Assembly: GCA_000091165.1 (NCBI GenBank)
Contig: FP565575.1
Coordinates: forward strand, 1,710,001-1,742,000
DNA: 32,000 bases
Reading direction: 5' to 3'
DNA from: Candidatus Methylomirabilis oxygeniifera
GTDB lineage: Bacteria > Methylomirabilota > Methylomirabilia > Methylomirabilales > Methylomirabilaceae
Part shown: piece by piece, positions 8,358 through 17,786 of the stretch
How the letters are laid out: every line of letters starts with the position of its first letter
How positions within the stretch are numbered: position 1 is the stretch's first letter
The notes under the pieces: model-generated
Databases searched by the model: none
What the model saw: only the letters and a program-made list of their open reading frames with translations
Told to the model about the DNA's origin: nothing
Made by a program: the position numbers and the translations under genes

Positions 8358-9101
8358 TTACTTGCCGGTAAGCTTACGGAGTAGCCGGAGAAGCGGGTCG
8401 TAGCAGTCGTCCATCACGCGCTCCTTCAGCGGGATGATGGCGTTGTCGGTGATCCGGATCTGCTCCGGGCAGACCTCGGTGCAGCACTTGGTGATGTTGC
8501 AGTAGCCGATCCCGGCCTTCGCTCGAAGCATCTCCGTACGTGAGTGAGTATCCAGCGGGTGCATCTCCAACGCCGCAATCCGAACGAAGAAGCGTGGCCC
8601 TGCGAAGTGCGGCTTATTTTCTTCGTGGTCCCGGATGACGTGGCAGACATTCTGACAGAGGAAGCACTCGATACACTTGTGAAACTCCTGAACCCGCTCG
8701 ACATCCGCCTGCATCATCCGGTAGGTGCCGTCGGAATCCGGCGGTCGCGGCCTGAAGGCAGGGATCGTCTTGGCGACCTCATAATTGAAGGCAACGTCGG
8801 TCACCAGGTCCCGGATCATCGGGAAGGTCCGCATGGGGGCAACGGTAATCGGTTGATCGGAAGGAAACAGGCTCATCTGGGTCATGCACAGCAACCGTGG
8901 CCGACCATTGATCTCGGCGCTACACGAGCCGCACTTGCCGGCCTTGCAGTTCCACCGGACCGCCAGGTCGGGCGCCTGTGTCGCCTGCAGTCGATGGATG
9001 ACATCGAGGAGGACCATCCCCTCCTCGGCCTCAACCCGGTACTCCGTAAAATCGCCGCTCCCCGCGTCGCCCCGGAAGAGCCGCAGCGTGACGACCGGCA
9101 T
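8358..9101 (-). CDS. sdhB: Succinate dehydrogenase / fumarate reductase iron-sulfur subunit
   Basis: 2Fe-2S motif CKAGKCGSCSAEINGRPRLLC, then CIECFLCQNVC and CNITKCCTEVCP cluster motifs. The start shares 1 nt with the flavoprotein stop (TAATG). Confidence 0.9.
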   Translation of the reverse strand: MPVVTLRLFRGDAGSGDFTEYRVEAEEGMVLLDVIHRLQATQAPDLAVRWNCKAGKCGSCSAEINGRPRLLCMTQMSLFPSDQPITVAPMRTFPMIRDLVTDVAFNYEVAKTIPAFRPRPPDSDGTYRMMQADVERVQEFHKCIECFLCQNVCHVIRDHEENKPHFAGPRFFVRIAALEMHPLDTHSRTEMLRAKAGIGYCNITKCCTEVCPEQIRITDNAIIPLKERVMDDCYDPLLRLLRKLTGK

Positions 9102-10903
9102 TACCGCTTCTCCTCAATGAGCTGTCTCAGCTCCTCCGGCATCTCGCGGATCGGCTCCAGCGTCGTGGTGATCGCCCCGTCACGCTTGCGGACAACGACG
9201 TTCACTGAGCCGAATCGTCGATCCGTAGACGGATAGTCCTCGCGTGCGTGGCCGCCGCGGCTCTCTTTACGTTCCAGCGCCGATCGCGTCACGCATTCCG
9301 CCACCGTGAGCAGCGCGCATAGGTCCAAGGCGGTATGCCAGCCTGGGTTATAGGCACGGCCGCCCTCGACGTGCACCTGCGGGAGCCGCTGCCGGTGTTC
9401 TCCGAGTCGTCCCAGCGCCTCTTGCAGCTCTGTCTCTGTCCGGATGATCCCCACGAGCGACTGCATCGTCTCTTGCAGTTCCGCCTGAAAGGCGTGCGGA
9501 TTCTCGGCGCCTGTTCTCTCAAACGGCATCAGGGCCTCGTACATACAGGCGTCGAGCTGACTCGCATCCGCCGTCGGCGAGCCGGAGAGGCTTTTCGCGT
9601 ACAGTGCCGCATGCTGTCCCGCGCGCCGGCCGAAGACCAGCAGGTCTGACAGGGCGTTACCGCCAAGACGGTTGCTGCCATGCAACCCACCTGCCACCTC
9701 TCCGGCCGCATACAAACCGGGTACGGCCGTCGCGGTCGTGTCTGCGTCGATCCGAATCCCCCCATTCATATAATGGGCGGTCGGGCCGACCTCCATCGGC
9801 TCTCTCGTGATATCTACGCCGGCCAGCTCCTTGAACTGGTGATACATCGACGGCAGACGCCGCATGATGTACTCTGCGGGACGCCGCGAGGCGATATCCA
9901 GGAAGACCCCGCCATGTGGACTCCCGCGTCCGGCCTTGACCTCCGAGTTGATCGCCCGCGCCACCTCGTCGCGCGGCAGCAGATCGGGCGTTCGCCGGTT
10001 ATTTTTCTTATCGGCATACCATCTGTCGGCCTCAGCCTCATTGTCTGCCGTCTCGGCCCTAAAGAACTCCGGGATATAACGAAACATGAATCGCTCGCCC
10101 CTGTTGTTCCGGAGTGTCCCGCCGTCGCCGCGCACCCCCTCAGTCACGAGGGTTCCCCGCACCGAGGGTGGCCAGACCATTCCGGTCGGGTGGAACTGAT
10201 ACGACTCCATGTCGATCAGCTCCGCGCCGGCCTCCAACGCCAGCATGACGCCGTTGCCGGTGCACTCCCAGGAGTTCGAGGTAAACTTCCACAGCTTACC
10301 GACCCCTCCGGTAGCCAGGATCACCGCCTTCGCCAGTAAGACAATGAAGCGACCGGTGTCGCGCCGGTAGCCGAATCCGCCGACTACACGATCGCCATCT
10401 TTCAGCAAGCGCGTTACAGTGCATTCCATGTGAACCTCGATCCCCTGAGCCACCGCATGCTGTTGCAGCGTACGGAGCATCTCAAGACCTGTCCGGTCGC
10501 CGACATGGGCCAGACGGGCGTAGCGATGACCGCCGAAGTCGCGCTGCAGAATGAGGCCGTCCCTGGTCCGATCGAATACCGCCCCCCATCGCTCCAGCTC
10601 CAGAACTCGGGCGGGCGCCTCCTGAGCGTGCAGTTGGGCCATCCGCCAGTTGTTCAGCATCTTGCCGCCTCGCATCGTATCGCGGAAGTGCACCCGCCAG
10701 TTGTCGTCGGGATAGACGTTGCCCAAGGCCGCGGCGATTCCGCCCTCGGCCATGACCGTATGAGCCTTGCCCAGGAGCGACTTACTGATGAGACCCACGG
10801 ACACGCCGAGCGCCCGCGCTTCGATGGCTGCCCGCAGACCGGCACCGCCGGCGCCGATGATCAGCACATCGTGCTCGTAGATCTCGTATGGCTCCTGCGC
10901 CAT
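9101..10903 (-). CDS. sdhA: Succinate dehydrogenase / fumarate reductase flavoprotein subunit
   Basis: FAD fold DVLIIGAGGAGLRAA. Motifs HTVMAEGGIAAA, FHPTG, RGDGG and HGSNRLGGNALSDLLVFG. Confidence 0.9.
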   Translation of the reverse strand: MAQEPYEIYEHDVLIIGAGGAGLRAAIEARALGVSVGLISKSLLGKAHTVMAEGGIAAALGNVYPDDNWRVHFRDTMRGGKMLNNWRMAQLHAQEAPARVLELERWGAVFDRTRDGLILQRDFGGHRYARLAHVGDRTGLEMLRTLQQHAVAQGIEVHMECTVTRLLKDGDRVVGGFGYRRDTGRFIVLLAKAVILATGGVGKLWKFTSNSWECTGNGVMLALEAGAELIDMESYQFHPTGMVWPPSVRGTLVTEGVRGDGGTLRNNRGERFMFRYIPEFFRAETADNEAEADRWYADKKNNRRTPDLLPRDEVARAINSEVKAGRGSPHGGVFLDIASRRPAEYIMRRLPSMYHQFKELAGVDITREPMEVGPTAHYMNGGIRIDADTTATAVPGLYAAGEVAGGLHGSNRLGGNALSDLLVFGRRAGQHAALYAKSLSGSPTADASQLDACMYEALMPFERTGAENPHAFQAELQETMQSLVGIIRTETELQEALGRLGEHRQRLPQVHVEGGRAYNPGWHTALDLCALLTVAECVTRSALERKESRGGHAREDYPSTDRRFGSVNVVVRKRDGAITTTLEPIREMPEELRQLIEEKR

Positions 10904-11664
10904 CAGAACAGTCTCATATCGCTGATGATGCCCATCGAGAGGAGACGGATATAGAGATCGGTTGATCCGACCGAAAAGAGACTCAACCAGAACCAGAGAT
11001 CGTGACGTTCGTTGAGACGGCTGACCTGACCCCAGACGGCGTGCCGGGTCGGGCAGTGTGAAAAACAGTCAAGCCGTCCGCCGACGAGATGTCGGAAGGA
11101 GTGGCAAGAGGTCAGGTAGAGACTGAGGAGGGCGACATTGGCCACCATGATGAGCGAGCCCATTCCTGCGCCAAGTCGCCCGTCGAAGACAACACTGAGG
11201 GCGGCGTGATACCACAGGATCATCAGCTCAACCGCAGCCAAGCAGAGAAAATAGCGATGGAGATTCATGAGGACCAGAGGGAATCGAGATTCGCCCGTAT
11301 AGCCGGCCCGCGCGTCCGCAACCGCGCAGGCCGGCGGCGTCAGCAAAAACGAACGATGGAAGGCCTTTCTGAAGTAGTAACAGGTGAACCGAAAGCCCGC
11401 TGGGGCCCAGATAATCAGGAGGGCCGGTGAGAGCGGCCACCATTCAGGTTTGGCAAACGTCGGATAGAAGGGCGAAAAGTAGTTCTTATACTCATAGTGG
11501 GTCCCCTGGAGGGCCGCCCAGGCCGTATAGACCATGAACCCGCCCAACGCCGACACGATCAGCATCGGCTGCAGCCACCAGATCTCTCTTCCCGAGGTCG
11601 GCGCCGCGATCTGTCCCCGCTGGTTGCTCAGCCGCTCTTCGATCATGGATCTCCCGAAAGCCAA
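10903..11664 (-). CDS. sdhC: Putative membrane anchor / cytochrome b subunit of the succinate:quinone oxidoreductase
   Basis: 253-aa polytopic hydrophobic protein directly upstream of sdhA, sharing 1 nt with it (TGATG). Several His residues lie in helices (NLHRY, CHSFRHL, NERHDLW). The assignment rests mainly on position and size, similar to single-subunit di-haem anchors. Confidence 0.55.
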   Translation of the reverse strand: MAFGRSMIEERLSNQRGQIAAPTSGREIWWLQPMLIVSALGGFMVYTAWAALQGTHYEYKNYFSPFYPTFAKPEWWPLSPALLIIWAPAGFRFTCYYFRKAFHRSFLLTPPACAVADARAGYTGESRFPLVLMNLHRYFLCLAAVELMILWYHAALSVVFDGRLGAGMGSLIMVANVALLSLYLTSCHSFRHLVGGRLDCFSHCPTRHAVWGQVSRLNERHDLWFWLSLFSVGSTDLYIRLLSMGIISDMRLF

Positions 11665-11687
11665 TGTTGTACCATTGACTACAACGG

Positions 11688-11960
11688 CTACTTTTTCTTT
11701 GCAGGTCGGCCTTTCGCCTTCATCTGCTGCTGCATCTGTTCCATCTGCGTCTTCAGCTCATCGACTTCCTTCTTCATTGCCTCATTCTCACCCTTCAACG
11801 CCACCGCCTCAGCCTTGAGATCGGTGTTCTCTTTCTGCAGCGTCTCTACCGTCTTCTTCAGTTGCTCATTTTCCTTCTTGATCTCCTGACCGCAGCCGGC
11901 GACCAACAGGCCCACAGCCAGCACCAAAGAGCCCAGATATCTGTTTCTCAGTCGCATCAT
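11688..11960 (-). CDS. Small coiled-coil lipoprotein
   Basis: Signal peptide with lipobox LVAGC. The rest is E/K/Q-rich heptad-like sequence (KKENEQLKKTVETLQKENTDLKAEAVALKGENEAMKKEVDELK) with a basic tail. Confidence 0.6.
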   Translation of the reverse strand: MMRLRNRYLGSLVLAVGLLVAGCGQEIKKENEQLKKTVETLQKENTDLKAEAVALKGENEAMKKEVDELKTQMEQMQQQMKAKGRPAKKK

Positions 11961-12006
11961 CGCCTATCCTCCTCCTGTTCAAAGTTTGCGGTGTACCGTC
12001 TACAGT

Positions 12007-12936
12007 TCAGAGCTTCAGGATATCGATCAACTCTTTCACCCCGGCCGCCGACCGGTTCAGAGCCGCCGCCTCATCAGGTGTCAGCCGGATTTCGATGATC
12101 TGCTCGACACCGGCTGCGCCTAGCTTGACCGGGACACCGACGCACAACCCGTGTATCCCATACTCCCCATCCAGATAGACACAGCAGGGCATGATCTTCT
12201 GCTTATCCTTCAGAATCGCCTCCACCATCTCGACGGCAGAGGCACCAGGAGCGTAATACGCACTTCCCGTTCCAAGCAGCGCCAGGATCTCTCCCCCACC
12301 ACCGGCCGTCCGCTTTACCAGCGCCTCGATTCGGTCGGGCGGCAGCAGTTCGGTAATCGGAATTCCGGCCACCGTGGAGAACCGAGGCAGGGGAACCATT
12401 GCGTCACCATGGCCGCCGAGCACACAGGCATGGATATTCTCAACAGAGACCCGCAGCTCTTGCGCGATGAAGGTCCGAAATCGCGCGGCATCCAGGACGC
12501 CCGCCATGCCGATGACCCGCTCCCGAGCAAAGCCACTTCGCTTGAACGCCAGTTGGGTCATCGCGTCAAGCGGGTTACTGACAATGATGAGGATGCAGTT
12601 CGGCGAATGGCCTACAACCTGCCCGATCACCTCACCGACGATCCTGGCATTCGTATGAAGCAGATCATCCCGACTCATCCCCGGCTTTCTGGCAATGCCG
12701 GCCGTCACAACCACAATGTCAGAGTCGGCAGTATCCTGATAGTGCTTTGTGCCGATGATCCGACTGTCGGATCCAAGGACCGGACCCGTCTCGAGCAGGT
12801 CCAGTGCCCGTCCATGCTGGACACTCTCTAGAATATCGATCAGCACCACATCGGCCAGTTCCTTCGCGACAAGATACTGGCCCACGGTGGCGCCGACATT
12901 ACCCGCGCCACCAACAACGGTCACCTTCGGTCTCAT
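12007..12936 (-). CDS. mdh: Malate dehydrogenase (LDH-like, NAD-dependent)
   Basis: Starts [17 protein letters not shown] (Rossmann GxGxxG). Catalytic-region motifs [18 protein letters not shown] and GGHGD. The start was chosen at the internal ATG at 12936; the longer ORF to 13011 overlaps icd. Confidence 0.9.
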   Translation of the reverse strand: MRPKVTVVGGAGNVGATVGQYLVAKELADVVLIDILESVQHGRALDLLETGPVLGSDSRIIGTKHYQDTADSDIVVVTAGIARKPGMSRDDLLHTNARIVGEVIGQVVGHSPNCILIIVSNPLDAMTQLAFKRSGFARERVIGMAGVLDAARFRTFIAQELRVSVENIHACVLGGHGDAMVPLPRFSTVAGIPITELLPPDRIEALVKRTAGGGGEILALLGTGSAYYAPGASAVEMVEAILKDKQKIMPCCVYLDGEYGIHGLCVGVPVKLGAAGVEQIIEIRLTPDEAAALNRSAAGVKELIDILKL

Positions 12937-12968
12937 CTGCTCCCCCGCACGTCTACGTCTCGACCCGC

Positions 12969-14387
12969 CTAGCCCATCCGCTCGATGACTGCCGTGGCGA
13001 ACTCTGAGCACTTCAGCTCCTTGACGTCGGTTGCCCCCTCAGCGCGCAGCAACCTGGCAAAGTCATAGGTGACCTGCCTCCGACCAATAGTCTCCTCCAG
13101 CCCACGGACCACCAGATCCGCCGCCTCGTTCCAGCCGAGGTGTCGTAGCATCATCTCACCGGAGAGGATCACCGAACCGGGATTGACCTTATCCATATCG
13201 GCGTATTTCGGCGCCGTCCCATGAGTCGCCTCGAAGATCGCGTGACCGGTGCGATAGTTGATATTTCCCCCTGGAGCAATCCCTATCCCGCCGATCTGGG
13301 CGGCAAGCGCGTCTGAAAGATAGTCGCCATTCAGGTTCAGCGTCGCGATCACGTCGAACTCATCGGCCCGTGTCAGGGTCTGCTGCAGTGTAATGTCGGC
13401 AATCGAGTCTTTGATCAACAGCTTGCGCCTCCACTGTCCATCGCCATGCGTCGGCCACAGCGCGAGGGCGGCCTCGACCTCCTCGCGAACCTTCGCCCGC
13501 CGGTCAGGCGTCATATCTTTGTAGCCGGGATCAATGGCCAGTGCATTCTCCTCAACCGTGAGGTTAGGTGTCCGCTCTTTGTTGTCGAGAACCCAGCTCT
13601 CTCGAAGGCTGACCGTCTCGTGACGGTATCTGCCGGCCGCCAGCGCATACCCCCAGTCCCGAAATGCGCCTTCTGTGAACTTCATGATGTTGCCCTTGTG
13701 CACCATCGTCACAGACCTGCGCTGGTGTCTGAGGGCGTACCGAATCGCAGCCTCGATCAGCCGCTCGGTCCCTTCCCGGCTGACCGGTTTAATCCCGATT
13801 GCCGAACTCTCCGGGAAGCGGATCTTCGTGACCCCCATCTCATTCTGCAGGAAGCGGATGACCTTGCCGACCTCCGGCGATTGCGCCTCCCACTCGATCC
13901 CGGCGTAGATGTCCTCGGTGTTCTCCCGGAAGATTACCATATCGACCTGTTCGGGGCGCTTCACGGGGCTCGGGACGCCGCGAATGTACCCGACCGGCCT
14001 GAGACAGACATACAGGTCGAGGAGCTGGCGAAGCGCCACATTCAAGCTTCGTATGCCGCCACCGACTGGCGTCGTCAGCGGTCCCTTGATCCCGACCACA
14101 TACGTACGGAAGGCCTGAACAGTCTCTTCAGGCAGCCAGGTCTTAAGGGTATTGAACGCCTTCTCGCCTGCGTAGACTTCAAGCCAGGCGATACGGCGCT
14201 GCCCGCCATAGGCGCGTTTCACTGCTGCATCAAACACGCGGACCGAGGCGCGCCAGATATCTCGTCCGGTCCCGTCGCCCTCGATAAAGGGGATGATCGG
14301 ATCGTCCGGAACGATCAATCGACCATCTTCCACGGTGATCGTATGACCCTCTTGCTGCGATTGAATCCCTTCCCACTGTTTCATCAT
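12969..14387 (-). CDS. icd: Isocitrate dehydrogenase (NADP-type homodimeric family)
   Basis: Motifs [71 protein letters not shown] and KCSEF closely follow E. coli Icd as I remember it. Confidence 0.9.
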   Translation of the reverse strand: MMKQWEGIQSQQEGHTITVEDGRLIVPDDPIIPFIEGDGTGRDIWRASVRVFDAAVKRAYGGQRRIAWLEVYAGEKAFNTLKTWLPEETVQAFRTYVVGIKGPLTTPVGGGIRSLNVALRQLLDLYVCLRPVGYIRGVPSPVKRPEQVDMVIFRENTEDIYAGIEWEAQSPEVGKVIRFLQNEMGVTKIRFPESSAIGIKPVSREGTERLIEAAIRYALRHQRRSVTMVHKGNIMKFTEGAFRDWGYALAAGRYRHETVSLRESWVLDNKERTPNLTVEENALAIDPGYKDMTPDRRAKVREEVEAALALWPTHGDGQWRRKLLIKDSIADITLQQTLTRADEFDVIATLNLNGDYLSDALAAQIGGIGIAPGGNINYRTGHAIFEATHGTAPKYADMDKVNPGSVILSGEMMLRHLGWNEAADLVVRGLEETIGRRQVTYDFARLLRAEGATDVKELKCSEFATAVIERMG

Positions 14388-14559
14388 CTATTTCCTCATC
14401 GGCAAGTAAGCGCAACGAGCGTCGCCACCGGCCAACATTGCGAAAAGATTATGTATAAGGACCACGCGAAGAGAGGATTCACGAGGATCTTCCGGTGCTT
14501 GACAGGCGCACGCTAACACGAACGCCGGAGGGGTGTCAAGTCATCGCGCCCCGCATCGT

Positions 14560-16569
14560 CTAGGGAATTGGTCCGGTCATCGAAAGATTATTTGTCTCAT
14601 CAAGTTCTGCGATCCTGTCGAGCGCATCGACGACGGCGAACAGATATTTGCCTGATGCGGTGATCCTCCTCCGTAGCCGCACTTTGACCTTGTGCATTGT
14701 GGCTCGCCCAAGCCGGAGCTTCCTGATGCGCAAGCCCTCCAGCACCGTATCATCGTTCGGATCCAGGACAGCATCGTCGGAAAGGAAGATCCGCAGACGG
14801 GAGGCATGAGCGGTCGCATCCCCCTGGTTAACGACCTGCACATCGCCTCGGAGCGTGCACCGATCCCGGTGACAGCTTTGGCTCACCGAGCTCCAGGTCC
14901 CGATAAGATCCGGACCGGTAGCGGATGCAAAGGTCGCAGTACAGTTCTTGTCGGTATCTATTGTCAATCTTCCATCGGCGCAGTCCGGGTCTCCGCTCCA
15001 GCCGACAAAGAGGGACCCGGGATTCGCCGTAGCATTGAGAGTCACTACGGCACCGCCATTATAGACCTCAGCACAATCCCCGGGACAGGCGATACCGTCG
15101 CCGGTCACGATGCCGCTGCCGGTCCCCGCCGTCGTAACGGTCAGAACGTACGGGGCCGAGGTAAAGCTGGTGATAGTAACCTGGAAGCCGGTCGCAGTTG
15201 CGGCATCAACAGTCACGCTGATCTGATTCGCTGAATCAGTAAAGGTCTCGCCGGGAGTCCACATCGCCGCGCTGTCATTCGGATCTCCGTTATCGTCCGG
15301 ATCAACAACCTGGGCCGAACGACTCCGTGTGATATCGACATCATGGATGACGACCGCTTCGCCGGGAACATTTTCATCATGACCCGCAAAATATCTGGCC
15401 TCTACGGTGTAGAATCTGGCGCGTGATCCGCCTATCGGGATCTGCGCCATAAGATAGTCGTCTGATACCGGTTGCGCAATCCGCTCTAAGGTGATCGTGT
15501 GGCTGCTTCCCACCGTATGCACATACGTGCGCGAGAACGGTATCCACCCGAGCATGTTCTTGTGATACGCGATGGTATGCGGCGCAACACAACCGTAGAC
15601 GGCATCAGAGGATGCGCAGGTCCCGATCCTCCGGCTCATGACATCCCACGAAGAGTCGTGCGAGACGCTATATGGGCCGGACGAATGAGGAAGCCCAAAG
15701 CCGTGTCCCATCTCATGAGCCAGCAGGCTCTGGGTGTGCCCCCACGACGCAATCCACGTCATCCCGTAAGACTTGGACTCCCCATCGCGATCTAACCGCA
15801 AGCCCCACGCACCCCAGGAACAGCAATCAAGGGTGTCGTTGAATACTAAATTGATGCCGGCAAAATTGGGGAAGAACACATCGGTATCGGCAACGGCGGT
15901 GCAGTCATCCTTTAACCTGCTCAAATTCGCCCCGGTGTCGTTCACATAATACGATCTTGGGTGGGGTAAATTGTACCACCCGAATACCGCACTCCCGGTC
16001 AGATTGAACTGTTCGTAGGACAATTCCCTCCAGTAGTGACCCAAATATGAGGAACCCATCAGCGTATTGAAGAAGCCGACATCATGGGGGGTCACACCGA
16101 TCGAATCGCTGAAACGGCACAGTATGGTTGCCCATGGCTGAGAACCTGTTACTGCCGAGGAAGGCATTTCGGCTGTGGCGGCTCCGGCTCCCTCGGGTAT
16201 CTCAAACTCGACAGAGCGCGCCTGAATGTCGGCGAACGGCCGCGCGTGACTCCCCTCGTAAGTTGCGTGCACCATTTCCCCGATGACCTTTACCCGTTTG
16301 CCCTGTAAAGCCTGCAGACCACCGAAAGACCTCGTAAGCGTCTCGTTCAATACTATTGGGGTCCATTCGTCCTGGTCGTCGATGATGGCAAACGCCTGCA
16401 CAGGTTCTGATCTCGAATCCGGACTCGGATCCCCCCATGCCACCTGCAATCGCCCGGACAACGATACCTGTTGCGCTATAGCCGGATGAAGTGTCACCGC
16501 CCACGTCAGGATCACAGACGTGATACCGGAGATCATCCATCTCGCTGCCAGCCGACCCCGCACCTTCAT
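14560..16569 (-). CDS. Secreted multidomain zinc metalloprotease (metzincin-type HEXXHXXGXXH)
   Basis: N-terminal signal peptide (MKVRGRLAARWMISGITSVILTWAV...AIAQQ). Active site LLAHEMGHGFGLPH. A Cys-containing beta-repeat domain (YVLTVTTAGTGSGIVTGDGIACPGDC...GWSGDPDC). A C-terminal CARDB-like module. The start is uncertain: the ATG at 16569 sits only 2 nt after GGGGAGG, and the track ORF extends to 16647. Confidence 0.75.
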   Translation of the reverse strand: MKVRGRLAARWMISGITSVILTWAVTLHPAIAQQVSLSGRLQVAWGDPSPDSRSEPVQAFAIIDDQDEWTPIVLNETLTRSFGGLQALQGKRVKVIGEMVHATYEGSHARPFADIQARSVEFEIPEGAGAATAEMPSSAVTGSQPWATILCRFSDSIGVTPHDVGFFNTLMGSSYLGHYWRELSYEQFNLTGSAVFGWYNLPHPRSYYVNDTGANLSRLKDDCTAVADTDVFFPNFAGINLVFNDTLDCCSWGAWGLRLDRDGESKSYGMTWIASWGHTQSLLAHEMGHGFGLPHSSGPYSVSHDSSWDVMSRRIGTCASSDAVYGCVAPHTIAYHKNMLGWIPFSRTYVHTVGSSHTITLERIAQPVSDDYLMAQIPIGGSRARFYTVEARYFAGHDENVPGEAVVIHDVDITRSRSAQVVDPDDNGDPNDSAAMWTPGETFTDSANQISVTVDAATATGFQVTITSFTSAPYVLTVTTAGTGSGIVTGDGIACPGDCAEVYNGGAVVTLNATANPGSLFVGWSGDPDCADGRLTIDTDKNCTATFASATGPDLIGTWSSVSQSCHRDRCTLRGDVQVVNQGDATAHASRLRIFLSDDAVLDPNDDTVLEGLRIRKLRLGRATMHKVKVRLRRRITASGKYLFAVVDALDRIAELDETNNLSMTGPIP

Positions 16570-16582
16570 CGCCTCCCCACCG

Positions 16583-17071
16583 TTATTCAAGAACGATCGA
16601 TAACACTCTGACTGACTCCGAGGGGGCGGCCATCCTCTCTCCCACAACTTTTGCTCGTTTATGGTTCAACGCCAGCGGCCCTCCGAGCGATTGAGCCATC
16701 TCCTCATCCAGGAGCAACTCAGTCCACCGACCTTGATCATCTGAGAGAATATAGTGAACCCGGTCGTTCCATATCACAGTAACCCATCCCGACAAAGAGA
16801 TCGCTTGCGTCTTGTTGGACTGCGTATGTCCGGAAGGAGCGTCCGCACTCCCTCCTGTGTGCGTCGAGGAAGCTGCGATAACAGGCCAGGAAGAGTAAGG
16901 AACGGCCATCGCCGGATTCGGCCTGTCAGGATCATGCCGCAGCCCCTCACGTACTGTTCCCGCAGCATCCGTCCTCGCGCTCAGCAGCCACAGGATGGTC
17001 GCAACTACAGGGCCGCCTCGACCCAACCTTCGCAATAGTCCGATCTCTCTTGCGATCATCACGTTGCCCAT
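16583..17071 (-). CDS. Small secreted protein paralogous to the N-terminal domain of the downstream metalloprotease
   Basis: Signal-like N-terminus. Its C-terminal ~70 aa (ISLSGWVTVIWND...ILSDDQGRWTELLLDEEMAQSLGGPLALNHKRAKVVGE) aligns by eye with protease residues VSLSGRLQVAWGD...IIDDQDEWTPIVLNETLTRSFGGLQALQGKRVKVIGE. Its stop is 14 nt from the protease start. Confidence 0.5.
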   Translation of the reverse strand: MGNVMIAREIGLLRRLGRGGPVVATILWLLSARTDAAGTVREGLRHDPDRPNPAMAVPYSSWPVIAASSTHTGGSADAPSGHTQSNKTQAISLSGWVTVIWNDRVHYILSDDQGRWTELLLDEEMAQSLGGPLALNHKRAKVVGERMAAPSESVRVLSIVLE

Positions 17072-17150
17072 CCCGTCATGACGCCGTCCATTCCACAGAA
17101 AGCACCTCAGCCCACTCCTGCGCGGTCAGGTGCTGTTTGCACACCGCACT

Positions 17151-17741
17151 TCAACGCTTGTCGGCAAGCAACGCGGTGTATATGGCAAGGTCGGCGGCAG
17201 AGAAGCAGATGAAGATTACCCCTTTTACCACCTGTTCTCTCGCCACACAATCGCGAACCGTTTCCGCAGCAACCCTCGCAGCCGGCTCCTTCGGGTATCC
17301 ATAGACACCGGTACTGATACACGGAAACGCCACACTGGTCAGCCCGGACTCGGCGGCCAGCCGTAACGATCTGGTATAGCAGGAAGCGAGAATCTCCTGC
17401 TCGCCATGAGAGCCCCCTCGCCATATTGGGCCGACGGTATGGATGACATACTTCGCAGGCAGCCGATAGCCCTTCGTGATCCTGGCATCGCCCGGTTCAC
17501 ACCCACCCAGCAAACGACACTCGGCCAGCAATCCAGGCCCGGCGGCTCGGTGAATTGCGCCGTCTACTCCACCTCCGCCCAGCAACGACGAATTTGCGGC
17601 GTTCACGATGGCATCGACAGCCAGTGTGGTAATATCGGCCTGCACTGCTCTGAGAATCGTCACTCTGACCTCCGTTACCGAAAGAGACTTCAACGAAGTC
17701 ACAGAATGGTAATTCCAGAACGTGCGAGTGTCAAGGCGCAC
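17151..17741 (-). CDS. Macro domain protein (O-acetyl-ADP-ribose deacetylase / YmdB-like)
   Basis: Motifs [44 protein letters not shown] and [14 protein letters not shown]. The true start may be an internal GTG near 17669. Confidence 0.85.
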   Translation of the reverse strand: MRLDTRTFWNYHSVTSLKSLSVTEVRVTILRAVQADITTLAVDAIVNAANSSLLGGGGVDGAIHRAAGPGLLAECRLLGGCEPGDARITKGYRLPAKYVIHTVGPIWRGGSHGEQEILASCYTRSLRLAAESGLTSVAFPCISTGVYGYPKEPAARVAAETVRDCVAREQVVKGVIFICFSAADLAIYTALLADKR

Positions 17742-17786
17742 GTGGGGACCGGCGACGACGGCAACCTCACCTTATCAACCGGACAT

